From contig JAKLIQ010000001.1 in NCBI GenBank assembly GCA_022709525.1, forward strand, positions 274,679 through 338,678: a DNA stretch of 64,000 nucleotides, written 5' to 3'. The DNA comes from Candidatus Omnitrophota bacterium (GTDB lineage: Bacteria; Omnitrophota; Omnitrophia; Omnitrophales; Aquincolibacteriaceae). Position numbers and translations under genes: made by a program. Positions 30,202 through 39,409 of the stretch are shown one piece after another (the stretch's first letter is position 1; every line of letters starts with the position of its first letter). The notes beneath the pieces are model-generated. The model ran no database searches, was not told the DNA's origin, and worked only from the letters and a program-made list of their open reading frames with translations.

Positions 30202-30765
30202 ATGAGCGTTCCATCGCAAAAAACCCAGCAAACCCAAGCCTCCTCCAGCCAACCCTGCGGCTGTCAGCCCTCCGAAGAGGAAATGCTTCGCAGTCTCGAT
30301 GCCGTGATCGACGGTTTCAAGAAAACCGATGGCGCCTTGATCCCGATCCTTCAGACCGCGCAGAACCTTTTCGGTTATCTCCCCGCCACCGTCCTCAAAC
30401 ACATCAGCATGCGGCTCAATATCCCTTATAGCGAAGTCACGGGGGTTGTCAGTTTCTACTCTTTCTTTTCCACCGTGCCGCGCGGGAAGCATGTCATTCG
30501 CGTTTGTCTCGGGACCGCCTGCTACGTCCGCGGCGGCAAGGAAGTGCTCGAGGCGTTTAAAAAGAACCTCAAGATCAACGTAGGAGAGACCACGCCCGAC
30601 CGGATGTTCTCGCTTGAAGTCGGACGCTGTTTCGGGGCGTGCGGCCTGGCGCCTGTAGCCATGATCGATGAAGATGTCCATCAGCGGGTCAAATCCGCCA
30701 AGATCCGCGAGATCATCAGCCAGTACCAGCACGAAGGAGAAGACGTCAAGGAGGCCAAGTCATGA
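30202..30765 (+). CDS. NuoE/HydC/HndA-like [2Fe-2S] thioredoxin-fold subunit (first flavin-based module)
   Basis: Matches the NuoE 24-kDa subunit pattern: VSFYSFF, CLGTACYVRGG and the later C-loop RCFGACGLAPVAMID. Confidence 0.8.
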   Translation: MSVPSQKTQQTQASSSQPCGCQPSEEEMLRSLDAVIDGFKKTDGALIPILQTAQNLFGYLPATVLKHISMRLNIPYSEVTGVVSFYSFFSTVPRGKHVIRVCLGTACYVRGGKEVLEAFKKNLKINVGETTPDRMFSLEVGRCFGACGLAPVAMIDEDVHQRVKSAKIREIISQYQHEGEDVKEAKS

Positions 30766-33700
30766 CCGGGTCTCCGCAAAAACTTGCTTCCATACAGGAC
30801 CTCAACAAGTTCAAAAAATCCGCCCTGGATGAAAAAAAGAAAAGCGCTTCGAAAAAAAAGATCCTCCTTTGCGCCGGCGCCGGCTGCATCGCGTCCGGTT
30901 CACTTCAGCTTAAAAAAGCCCTCACCGAAAAGATCAAGGATGAAAAACTGGATATCGAAGTGATCGAAACGGGATGTCTCGGGCCCTGCGCGCAAGGGCC
31001 GGTCATCGTGGTGGAGCCGGACCGTGTTTTCTATGAAAACCTCAAGCCGGCGGATGCTTCCGATATTGTGAACGAGCACCTCCGTAAAGGGAAGCCCGTC
31101 GAGCGGCTCATGCCCCGCGATATCAAGAGCGGCCAATCCGTTCCCAAGCAGGATCAGATGGATTTTTTCCAGAAGCAGACCAAAATCGTGCTCCGCAATT
31201 GCGGCGGGATCGATCCTTTAAAGATCGGCGACTACATCGCCCAAGACGGTTACCAGTCGCTGGCCAAGGTCCTGACCTCCATGAAACCGGAGGAAGTGAT
31301 CGAACAGGTCAAAAAGTCCGGGCTTCGCGGCCGCGGCGGCGCGGGATTTCCGACCGGCATGAAATGGGAATTCACGCGTAAGGCGCCGGGCGATGTCAAA
31401 TATGTGATCTGTAACGCGGACGAAGGGGATCCCGGCGCTTTTATGGACCGGAGCGTCCTGGAAGGGGATCCGCACAGTGTGATCGAAGGCATGGCGATCG
31501 CGGCGTTCGCGGTCGGAGCTTCGCGCGGCTTTGTCTATGTGCGCGCTGAATACCCACTTGCGGTTTCGCGCCTCACCAAGGCCATCGAACACGCCAACGA
31601 AACCGGCCTGCTCGGGAAAAATATTTTGGGGACCGGTTTTCATTTCGATCTTGAGATCCGCATGGGTTCCGGCGCTTTCGTCTGCGGCGAAGAAACAGCT
31701 CTTATGAATTCTATCGAAGGGAAGCGCGGCGAGCCGCGGCCAAGGCCTCCCTTTCCGGCCCAGAGCGGGCTATGGAATAAACCCAGTCTCCTGAACAACG
31801 TCGAAACCTACGCGAACATACCGGTCATCCTTTTAAAAGGTTCGGAGTGGTATGCGTCTCTGGGGACGGAATCAAGCAAGGGAACCAAGGTATTTGCTCT
31901 TGCCGGCGCTATCCGGAACACCGGCCTTGTGGAAGTGCCGATCGGAACACCTCTTGGGGAGCTCATTTATGATATCGGCGGGGGGATCAAAGGCGGCAAA
32001 AAATATAAAGCTGCGCAGATCGGAGGGCCTTCCGGCGGCTGCATCCCGAAAGAATATCTGAACGTTCCGCTGGATTACAAGACCTTGGAAGACCTCGGCG
32101 CCATCATGGGCTCCGGCGGCCTGATCGTGATGGATGAAGACTCCTGCATGGTGGATGTGGCGCGATTCTTCCTTGATTTCGTGCAGGATGAATCCTGCGG
32201 CAAATGCGTGCCGTGCCGCGTGGGGACCAAACGCATGCTCGAGATCCTGGAACGCATTTGTTCGGGGCAGGGGGAGGAAGGCGACGTTGAGAGGTTGATC
32301 AAGCTGGGCGGAGAGATTAAAGAGACCTCGCTTTGCGGTTTGGGCCAAACGGCTCCCAATCCCGTTCTTTCCACCATCCGCCATTTCCGCAAGGAATACG
32401 ATCAACATATTCGCGAAAAACACTGTGAAGCGGGCGTTTGTCCGTCCCTCGTGCGAGCTCCGTGTCAAACCGCGTGCCCCGCAGGAGTGGATGTTCCCGG
32501 TTTTGTGTCGCTGGTGGGAGAAAAACGTTACGCGGAGGCGCTCAAACTTCATCGCGAACGGAATCCCTTTGCCGCGGTGTGCGCGCGCGTCTGTTTTCAC
32601 ACTTGCGAGGATAAATGCCGGCGGGCGACGCTTGATGATTCCGTTTCGATACGCGGCATTAAACGTTTCATGGTCGACCAGGAAGTTGTGATCCAGGTGC
32701 CGGAGGTCCGTCACAATGAACAAAATGCCGCGCGCAAGATCGCGATCATCGGGGGAGGTCCGGCAGGGCTTTCCTGCGCTTATTTTTTAGCACGGCTTGG
32801 CTACCGGCCGACCGTTTTTGAATCAGAGCCGAGGCCGGGCGGAATGCTTGTTCAAACGATCCCGGCGTACCGTCTGCCGCGCGAAACGCTCGCCCGGGAA
32901 ATAAGAATGATCGAACAATTAGGCGTGACCATGGAGACCAACAAGCGGTTGGGTCGGGATTTTACGCTGCAGGAGCTTCGCGATAAAAAATACGATGCGA
33001 TCTTTATCGGGATCGGTGCTCCGGAGTCTTTCGGGCTTGGGATCGCCGGCGAAGACGCCGAAGGCGTCGTGATGGCGCTTCCGTTCTTGAGGGAATACAA
33101 CATCCGCGGGTCTGTTCCCGTCGGAAAACAAGTGGTCGTCGTAGGCGGCGGCAACGCGGCGATCGACGCGGCCCGGACCGCGCTTCGCTTGGGAGCCAAG
33201 ACCGTCACAGTGCTTTACCGGCGCAGCCAGGAAGAAATGCCGGCCTACGCGGAGGAAGTGCGCGAGGCGATCTATGAAGGGATCAAGTTGATGCCGCTCA
33301 CTCATCCCGTGGAGATCCTGAAATCGAAAGAAGGCAAAGTTTGCGGTGTCCAGTGCATGACGATGAAACTCGGCGAATACGATCGCAGCGGCCGGCGGTG
33401 CCCGACCGCGGACGGGGCCGACCAATTTAAATTAGAGGCGGACCAGGTGATCGTCGCGATCGGTCAAACGCTTCAGCCGGGGAAACTTTTTGAGCTCAAA
33501 GACGCCGAGATCAAGATGACGCAGCATAAATTCATTTATGCGGATTCCGTGACCGGACAAACTTCTGTTTCCGGTATTTTTGCCGGCGGCGATGCGGCGT
33601 CCGGCCCCTGGTCGGTGGTGGCAGCGATCGGCGCGGGGGAGCGCGCGGCTGTGGGGATCGATCATTATCTGACCGGCGAAGATCATGCCTTTTGGCGGGA

Positions 33701-33911
33701 GGAAAAAGTCGTGGATACGGATTTTGATCCCGATGTGGATCCGGTCCCTTACCCGCGGGAAGCCGTCCGTTCGATCCCGGTCGAGAAAAGGAAACATAAT
33801 TTCGACGAAGTCGAGCTTCCCTGGAATGAAAATGTGGCACAGCGCCAGGCCAAACGCTGCCTTCGTTGCGATTACGGGAAAACAGTGACCCGGAGAGGAA
33901 GCAAGTCATGA
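30762..33911 (+). CDS. Triple-fusion flavoprotein: HndB-like [2Fe-2S] thioredoxin domain + NuoF/HydB-like FMN-NAD(P)H subunit + C-terminal GltD/NfnB-like NADPH oxidoreductase
   Basis: The N-terminus has the CAGAGC...GCLGPC pattern. The NuoF core has GLRGRGGAGFPTGMKWEF and SCGKCVPCRVG. From ~aa 600 on there are CEAGVCPSLV..CQTACPAGVD cluster motifs followed by IAIIGGGPAGLSCAYFLARLGYRPTVFE and VVVVGGGNAAIDAA dinucleotide folds, as in NfnB/GltD. The start overlaps the upstream stop (ATGA). Confidence 0.8.
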   Translation: MTGSPQKLASIQDLNKFKKSALDEKKKSASKKKILLCAGAGCIASGSLQLKKALTEKIKDEKLDIEVIETGCLGPCAQGPVIVVEPDRVFYENLKPADASDIVNEHLRKGKPVERLMPRDIKSGQSVPKQDQMDFFQKQTKIVLRNCGGIDPLKIGDYIAQDGYQSLAKVLTSMKPEEVIEQVKKSGLRGRGGAGFPTGMKWEFTRKAPGDVKYVICNADEGDPGAFMDRSVLEGDPHSVIEGMAIAAFAVGASRGFVYVRAEYPLAVSRLTKAIEHANETGLLGKNILGTGFHFDLEIRMGSGAFVCGEETALMNSIEGKRGEPRPRPPFPAQSGLWNKPSLLNNVETYANIPVILLKGSEWYASLGTESSKGTKVFALAGAIRNTGLVEVPIGTPLGELIYDIGGGIKGGKKYKAAQIGGPSGGCIPKEYLNVPLDYKTLEDLGAIMGSGGLIVMDEDSCMVDVARFFLDFVQDESCGKCVPCRVGTKRMLEILERICSGQGEEGDVERLIKLGGEIKETSLCGLGQTAPNPVLSTIRHFRKEYDQHIREKHCEAGVCPSLVRAPCQTACPAGVDVPGFVSLVGEKRYAEALKLHRERNPFAAVCARVCFHTCEDKCRRATLDDSVSIRGIKRFMVDQEVVIQVPEVRHNEQNAARKIAIIGGGPAGLSCAYFLARLGYRPTVFESEPRPGGMLVQTIPAYRLPRETLAREIRMIEQLGVTMETNKRLGRDFTLQELRDKKYDAIFIGIGAPESFGLGIAGEDAEGVVMALPFLREYNIRGSVPVGKQVVVVGGGNAAIDAARTALRLGAKTVTVLYRRSQEEMPAYAEEVREAIYEGIKLMPLTHPVEILKSKEGKVCGVQCMTMKLGEYDRSGRRCPTADGADQFKLEADQVIVAIGQTLQPGKLFELKDAEIKMTQHKFIYADSVTGQTSVSGIFAGGDAASGPWSVVAAIGAGERAAVGIDHYLTGEDHAFWREEKVVDTDFDPDVDPVPYPREAVRSIPVEKRKHNFDEVELPWNENVAQRQAKRCLRCDYGKTVTRRGSKS

Positions 33912-35680
33912 CGAAAGTTTTGATCAATCACCAGGAGGTGGAAGTTCCCGCAGGAGCGACCATCCTTGAGGCGGCCCGGAAGCTTGGGGTGGAGATCCCG
34001 ACCCTTTGTTACCTCGAAGGGAAGCTTCCGATCGGCGCTTGCCGCGTTTGCCTTGTCGAAGTAGAAGGGGCGAAGCGCCTTGTGGCTTCCTGTTCCACGC
34101 CCGTGACGGAGGGGATGCGGGTCCATACCAATAATAAGAAAGTGCGCGAAGCGCGGCGAACGGTCGTGGAGTTGATCCTAAGCGAACACGAAGGGGCTTG
34201 CCAGTACTGCACGCGCAGCGAAGATTGCGAACTTAAAAAAATAGCGTCCCATTTAGGCATTGAGGATGTTCACTACAAAGGCGAGAAACCCCCGGTCCAT
34301 ATCGACGCAAGCACGCCCGCGCTTGTGCGGGATTCGGGCAAGTGTATCAAGTGCCGCCGCTGCGTGACAGTTTGCCGCGAAGTCCAGGGCGTTGGCGCGC
34401 TTTTTCCGCAAAACCGCGGTTATAAAACCGTGATCGGACCGGCTTTCGCGATGGACCTGGATCATGTCGCTTGCGTCCAATGCGGGCAATGCGCCGCCAT
34501 CTGTCCGGTCGGGGCGATCCAGGAAAAGAACGATATTGATAAGGTCTGGGAAGTGATCGAGAACGGGACCAAGCATGTTGTGGTGCAGACGGCCCCGGCG
34601 ATCCGGGCCGCCCTCGGGGAATGCTTCGGCTACTCTCCCGGAACGCTTGTCACAGGAAAAATGGTGACGGCGTTACGCCGGCTTGGCTTTAACGCGGTTT
34701 TTGATACGAATTTTGCCGCCGATCTGACCATTATTGAAGAGGGAAACGAGCTTCTGACGCGCCTTAAAAAGGCCCTTGTCGACAAAGAGCCCGTATCGCT
34801 TCCGATGTTCACGAGCTGCTCTCCGGGCTGGATCAAATTCGCCGAGTATTATTACCCGGAATTCCTGCCGAACCTTTCCACGTGCAAGTCGCCGCAGCAG
34901 ATGTTCGGCGCTCTGGCCAAAACCTACTATGCCGCGCAAAAAGGGATCAAGCCCGAGGATATCGTTGTGGTTTCGGTCATGCCGTGCACCGCGAAAAAAT
35001 TCGAAGCTCAACGCCCGGAAATGAACGCGAGCGGTTTCCAGGACGTCGATTATGTCCTCACGACGCGCGAACTCGGCTTCATGATCGAATCAGCCGGGAT
35101 CGATTTCAAGAATTTGGAAGATGGCCAAATGGATTCGCCGCTTGGCCTTTCAACGGGCGCCGCGGATATCTTTGCCAACACGGGCGGCGTGATGGAAGCG
35201 GCCTTGCGGACCGTCTATGAGGTTGTAACCGGCCGGGAATTTCCTTCCGCGGACCTCCGCCTGGCTCCGGTCGAGGGTCTTAAAGGCATTAAAGCCGCTT
35301 CGCTTGTGATCCAGGGGACGCTCCCTGAGTGGAATTTTCTTGAGAATGTTGAAGTGAAAGTCGCCGTGGCGCACGGCCTCGCGAACGCGGCCGATCTGCT
35401 GGACCAGATCAAGGAAGGAAAAGCCAGTTTTCATTTTATCGAGATCATGACCTGTCCCGGGGGCTGTATCGGCGGGGGTGGCCAGCCGCGTTACACGGAC
35501 GATTCGGTCCGTTTGGCGCGCATTAACGCCATCTACCAGGAAGATGCCGGAAAAAAGCTCCGCAAATCCCATACAAATCCCCAGATCCAGAAACTCTACG
35601 AAGAATACCTCAAGAAGCCGCTCGGGGAGCGGTCCCACCACCTGCTTCATACGCATTATCACGAACGGACCAAGGTTTAA
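33908..35680 (+). CDS. [FeFe]-hydrogenase large-subunit homologue (HydA-like) with a non-canonical L1 motif TSCSPGW
   Basis: N-terminal 2Fe-2S and two 4Fe-4S ferredoxin motifs are present. H-cluster motifs L2 (VMPCTAKKFE) and L3 (EIMTCPGGCIGGGGQP) are canonical. L1 reads FTSCSPGW (canonical TSCCPxW); the Ser codon TCT is at 34820-34822. The ATG overlaps the upstream stop (ATGA). Confidence 0.8.
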   Translation: MTKVLINHQEVEVPAGATILEAARKLGVEIPTLCYLEGKLPIGACRVCLVEVEGAKRLVASCSTPVTEGMRVHTNNKKVREARRTVVELILSEHEGACQYCTRSEDCELKKIASHLGIEDVHYKGEKPPVHIDASTPALVRDSGKCIKCRRCVTVCREVQGVGALFPQNRGYKTVIGPAFAMDLDHVACVQCGQCAAICPVGAIQEKNDIDKVWEVIENGTKHVVVQTAPAIRAALGECFGYSPGTLVTGKMVTALRRLGFNAVFDTNFAADLTIIEEGNELLTRLKKALVDKEPVSLPMFTSCSPGWIKFAEYYYPEFLPNLSTCKSPQQMFGALAKTYYAAQKGIKPEDIVVVSVMPCTAKKFEAQRPEMNASGFQDVDYVLTTRELGFMIESAGIDFKNLEDGQMDSPLGLSTGAADIFANTGGVMEAALRTVYEVVTGREFPSADLRLAPVEGLKGIKAASLVIQGTLPEWNFLENVEVKVAVAHGLANAADLLDQIKEGKASFHFIEIMTCPGGCIGGGGQPRYTDDSVRLARINAIYQEDAGKKLRKSHTNPQIQKLYEEYLKKPLGERSHHLLHTHYHERTKV

Positions 35681-35754
35681 CGCCGATTTTTTTCTTGCCT
35701 CACTATGAAAATTTTGATAATATCTCAATCGTTCGATTTTTCACGAATTCTTCT

Positions 35755-36372
35755 ATGAAGAAACTTCCCCGAAAGATCATCACAAGGGTCTTGCTTTACA
35801 TACGGACCCTCGAAAGCTTGATCAAGGAAAAGCGTTTCCTGGTCTCCTCGAAGCAGCTTTCCGAGATCACGGGGCTTTCGGACGTGAAGATCCGGAAGGA
35901 TATCTCGAATTTTAAAAAGATCGGAAAGCCGCGGATCGGTTATAAAACGCTTGATCTGAAGAGGACGCTTGAGAATTATCTGATCCAGGGCAATACGGTG
36001 CGCGTCGTGCTTTTTGGCGCGGGGAACCTGGGTTCGGCGATCCTGCGATACCCCGGATTCCGGAAGGGCAACGTGAGATTGGTTGCGGCGTTCGACGCGT
36101 TGCGGCGCAAGACCGGGAAGAAAGTCGGGGGCGTTCACATTTATCCGGTCGAGCGTTCGCCGGAGATCATCCGGCGGTGCCGGGCGGATATCGGGATCAT
36201 TGCCGTCCCCAAAGAACACGCTCAAGAAGTGGCGGATTTTATGGTATTATCGGGGCTGCACCGGATCATTAATTTTGCTCCTTGCCCGATCAGCGTGCCG
36301 GCCAAGGTCCAGGTCCGGAACATTGATTTTACGATTGAGTTCCTGTCGCTTTTCTGCGATACCCAGAAATAG
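35755..36372 (+). CDS. rex: Redox-sensing transcriptional repressor Rex
   Basis: N-terminal wHTH (IITRVLLYIRTLESL...FLVSSKQLSEITGLSDVKIRKDIS) and C-terminal Rossmann fold (VVLFGAGNLGSAILRY) characteristic of Rex/AT-rich DNA-binding protein. Confidence 0.8.
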   Translation: MKKLPRKIITRVLLYIRTLESLIKEKRFLVSSKQLSEITGLSDVKIRKDISNFKKIGKPRIGYKTLDLKRTLENYLIQGNTVRVVLFGAGNLGSAILRYPGFRKGNVRLVAAFDALRRKTGKKVGGVHIYPVERSPEIIRRCRADIGIIAVPKEHAQEVADFMVLSGLHRIINFAPCPISVPAKVQVRNIDFTIEFLSLFCDTQK

Positions 36373-36384
36373 ACGGAGGGAAAT

Positions 36385-36735
36385 ATGCGATACGCGACCC
36401 AAGAGACGCTCAAAGAATTCAACCGCCTGATGGTAAGCATCCGCAAAGCGGTGCCGAAAGAATACGACGCGTTCATGAATGAAAAAAAGGTCATGACGCG
36501 ATCCGGGAAGCTTCCCGAGAAGATGAAATGGCTGTTGCTTTTGACTGCCAGCGTGGCGCAAAAATGCCCCGTTTGCATTCCGCGTGCGGTCCAGCATTGC
36601 CTGGAAGCCGGTTGGACGAAAGAGGAAATGCTCGAGGCCTGCATGGTCGCGGTGCTTGTAGGCGGTTCGAGCGCCATGACGTATGTGACTGTTGCAGCCA
36701 AGGCGATCGAAGAGCTTCATAAAAAGAAGAAATAG
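36385..36735 (+). CDS. Carboxymuconolactone decarboxylase/AhpD-like family protein with CxxC
   Basis: ~116 aa; a CPVCIPRAVQHC motif within a helical AhpD-like core. Confidence 0.6.
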   Translation: MRYATQETLKEFNRLMVSIRKAVPKEYDAFMNEKKVMTRSGKLPEKMKWLLLLTASVAQKCPVCIPRAVQHCLEAGWTKEEMLEACMVAVLVGGSSAMTYVTVAAKAIEELHKKKK

Positions 36736-36771
36736 AACTTAATATTTTTTGTTATCAAAGGAGTTATTGGA

Positions 36772-37263
36772 ATGGATAAAGCGGTGATCGAACAGGAAGT
36801 GCGGGAGATCGCGGATTCCTGGAAGGGTAAGGAAGGGAACCTTATCATGGTGCTCCACCAGATCCAGAACCGCTACGGTTATGTTCCGCGCGAAGTTTCG
36901 CTTGTTCTTTCCGAGATCCTTGATGTACCGCTTGCCCGCATCTACGAAGTGATCACTTTCTATCATTTTTTCCGCCTGACCCCGCCTGGCAAACACACGA
37001 TCTCCGTTTGTATGGGAACGGCCTGTTATCTCAAAGGAGGCGCCGAGATCCTGGGCGAATTAGAGCATCTTCTTTGTGTTAAGCCGGGGGAGACGACCAA
37101 AGACGGTCAATTCCATCTCGAGGTCGTGCGCTGTCTTGGCTGTTGCGGGCTGGCCCCGGTGGTGAAGATCGGTGAAAAAGTCTACGGCGGCGTGAAAAAG
37201 AAAGACGTCGGCGACATTATTACCCAGTATTCTGAGGATTCGGAAGCCAAGACGGCGGCCTGA
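36772..37263 (+). CDS. hndA: NuoE/HndA-like [2Fe-2S] subunit of tetrameric [FeFe]-hydrogenase
   Basis: VITFYHFF, CMGTACYLKGG and RCLGCCGLAPVVKI motifs; 163 aa. Confidence 0.8.
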   Translation: MDKAVIEQEVREIADSWKGKEGNLIMVLHQIQNRYGYVPREVSLVLSEILDVPLARIYEVITFYHFFRLTPPGKHTISVCMGTACYLKGGAEILGELEHLLCVKPGETTKDGQFHLEVVRCLGCCGLAPVVKIGEKVYGGVKKKDVGDIITQYSEDSEAKTAA

Positions 37264-37274
37264 GGAGAAAGTAT

Positions 37275-37625
37275 ATGGCGAAAATAACCAGGAAAGACCT
37301 TGAAGCTTTGAAGCAAAAACATACCGGCGAGGATCGTAATTGGATCCGCGTAGGCTTCAGCACCTGCGGGATCGCCGCGGGGGCCCAGGAAGTCTATGAC
37401 ACTCTTGTTGAGGAAAGCCGCAAGCACAATGCGGATGTGGAGATCAAAAAGTGCGGTTGCGTCGGGATGTGTTCGGCAGAACCGCTTGTGGAAGTCCACG
37501 TTAAGAACATGCCGACGGTCTTCTACGGCAAGGTCGACAAAGAAGTGGCGACCAAGATCATGGAAAAACATGTTTGCGGGAAAATGCTCGTCAATGACCG
37601 CATCTACGACATGAGGCTTTCTTAA
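37275..37625 (+). CDS. hndB: Small thioredoxin-like [2Fe-2S] ferredoxin subunit (HndB-like)
   Basis: 116 aa with the CGIAAGAQ...C GCVGMCSAEPLVEV cysteine pattern; sits between the NuoE-like and NuoF-like genes as in hndABCD. Confidence 0.6.
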   Translation: MAKITRKDLEALKQKHTGEDRNWIRVGFSTCGIAAGAQEVYDTLVEESRKHNADVEIKKCGCVGMCSAEPLVEVHVKNMPTVFYGKVDKEVATKIMEKHVCGKMLVNDRIYDMRLS

Positions 37626-37640
37626 AGGAAATCAGGGAAT

Positions 37641-39380
37641 ATGGCCAAAACCGTTTTTGTCAAAGACACCGCGATCACCGGAAAAGACAGAACCCGCGAT
37701 TTTTACGGATTCTTTCTTGGCGGCCTCAGAGAAAAGGGCCTTGAGAACGACGTTCAACTTGTTCGCGTCGCAGATATTGGCGTCTACGGCCAGGGCATGG
37801 TCGTACGGGTATTGCCTGAAGATTTTCTCTATGTCAATGTCCAGGATAGCGACATTCCTGCCGTCATTACCGAAAGCGTGATCGGCGGCAAACCGATCAA
37901 AGATAAACTTTTTACCCAAGCCTCAAAGCAAGCGCGCATTGTGCTTCGCAACTGCGGCGTGATCGATCCGGAAAGCATCGAAGATTACATCGCCCGCGAC
38001 GGATATCAAGCTCTCGCCAAAGTCCTCGGCGAATACACGCCCGAGAAAACCGCTCAGGAGATCAAGGCCTCCGGCCTTCGCGGCCGCGGAGGCGCCGGTT
38101 TTCCCACCGGAATGAAATGGGAGATCACGCGGAAAGCGCCGGGCGATCAGAAATACATGATCTGTAACGGGGACGAAGGGGATCCGGGCGCTTATATGGA
38201 TCGCAGCGTCCTGGAGGGCGATCCGCATTCGGTGGTCGAAGGGATGATCATCGGCGGCTATGCCATCGGCGCTTCCAAAGGTTATTTTTATATCCGGGCG
38301 GAATACCCTCTCGCGATCGCGAGGATCGAAAAAGCTATTGAGCAATGCCGGAAGCACGGGATCCTGGGTGAAGGCATCTTGGGATCCTCGTTTAATTTTG
38401 ATCTTGAGATCCGTCTCGGTGCCGGCGCGTTCGTTTGCGGCGAAGAAACGGCGCTGATCGCGTCAATTGAAGGGAAGCGCGGTTACCCGAGTCCGCGCCC
38501 TCCGTTCCCGTCCATTAAAGGTCTCTGGGGCAAGCCTACTTGCATTAATAATGTCGAAACCTTGGCGAATATCCCGGTCATTATTTTAAAGGGAGGTTCA
38601 TGGTTCGCCGGCATCGGGACCGAAGGTTCCAAGGGGACCAAGGTGTTCGCCGTAACCGGAAAAGTAAAGAATTCGGGATTAGTAGAAGTCCCGATGGGAA
38701 CAACGATCGAAGATATCGTCTATGGGATCTGCGGGGGAGCATTGAGCGGAAAATCCGTCAAGGCGATCCAGACCGGCGGCCCTTCGGGCGGTGTGATCCC
38801 CAAAGAATATTTCCAGACCAAAGTGGATTATGAAAGCCTCCAAAAAATGGGATCCATTATGGGTTCCGGCGGCATGATCGTGATGGATGAGGACGATTGC
38901 ATGGCGGATATTGCGAAATTCTATCTCGGATTTTGCGTCGATGAATCCTGCGGAAAATGCGCGCCGTGCCGTATCGGTGGAACGCAAATGCTCCGGCTCC
39001 TTAAGAAAGTCACGGATGGGGAGGGAACCCGCAAAGATCTGGACCAGCTCGAACAGATCTCGTTCGCGATGCAAAAGGCCTCGCTTTGCGGGCTCGGCCA
39101 GACGGCGCCGAACCCCGTGCTTTCCACTTTGCATTATTACCGCAGCGAATATGAAGCGCATGTCGACAAGAAGAAATGCCCGGCCTGCAAATGCGAAAAA
39201 CTGATCCGGTTCCTGATCATGAGCGAAAAATGCGTCAAGTGCGGCATGTGTTTCAAGGCGTGTCCGGTAGGCGCCATTTCGGGGAACCGTGAAAGCGGTT
39301 ATCTGATCGACCAGACGAAATGCGTCCGCTGCGGGCAGTGTTTCGAGGTCTGCAAACCGCGCGCGATCAGCCGCAGCTAA
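37641..39380 (+). CDS. hndC: NuoF/HydB/HndC-like FMN- and NAD(P)H-binding subunit with C-terminal 2x[4Fe-4S] ferredoxin domain
   Basis: GLRGRGGAGFPTGMKWEI, SCGKCAPCRIG, and C-terminal CVKCGMCFKACP / CVRCGQCFEVC motifs. Confidence 0.85.
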   Translation: MAKTVFVKDTAITGKDRTRDFYGFFLGGLREKGLENDVQLVRVADIGVYGQGMVVRVLPEDFLYVNVQDSDIPAVITESVIGGKPIKDKLFTQASKQARIVLRNCGVIDPESIEDYIARDGYQALAKVLGEYTPEKTAQEIKASGLRGRGGAGFPTGMKWEITRKAPGDQKYMICNGDEGDPGAYMDRSVLEGDPHSVVEGMIIGGYAIGASKGYFYIRAEYPLAIARIEKAIEQCRKHGILGEGILGSSFNFDLEIRLGAGAFVCGEETALIASIEGKRGYPSPRPPFPSIKGLWGKPTCINNVETLANIPVIILKGGSWFAGIGTEGSKGTKVFAVTGKVKNSGLVEVPMGTTIEDIVYGICGGALSGKSVKAIQTGGPSGGVIPKEYFQTKVDYESLQKMGSIMGSGGMIVMDEDDCMADIAKFYLGFCVDESCGKCAPCRIGGTQMLRLLKKVTDGEGTRKDLDQLEQISFAMQKASLCGLGQTAPNPVLSTLHYYRSEYEAHVDKKKCPACKCEKLIRFLIMSEKCVKCGMCFKACPVGAISGNRESGYLIDQTKCVRCGQCFEVCKPRAISRS

Positions 39381-39409
39381 AGTTTATATAGAGAAAAAAG
39401 GAAAGATCC

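Noticed and set aside
31872-33425. Minus-strand ORFs 31872-32723, 32919-33425 and others inside the NuoF::GltD fusion gene; similar ones inside hndC, hndD, hydF and rpsA (38679-39161, 40454-41137, 41591-42448, 61429-62589, 62650-63345)
   Set aside because: All are antisense to genes with clear cofactor-binding motifs, and their translations are low-complexity.
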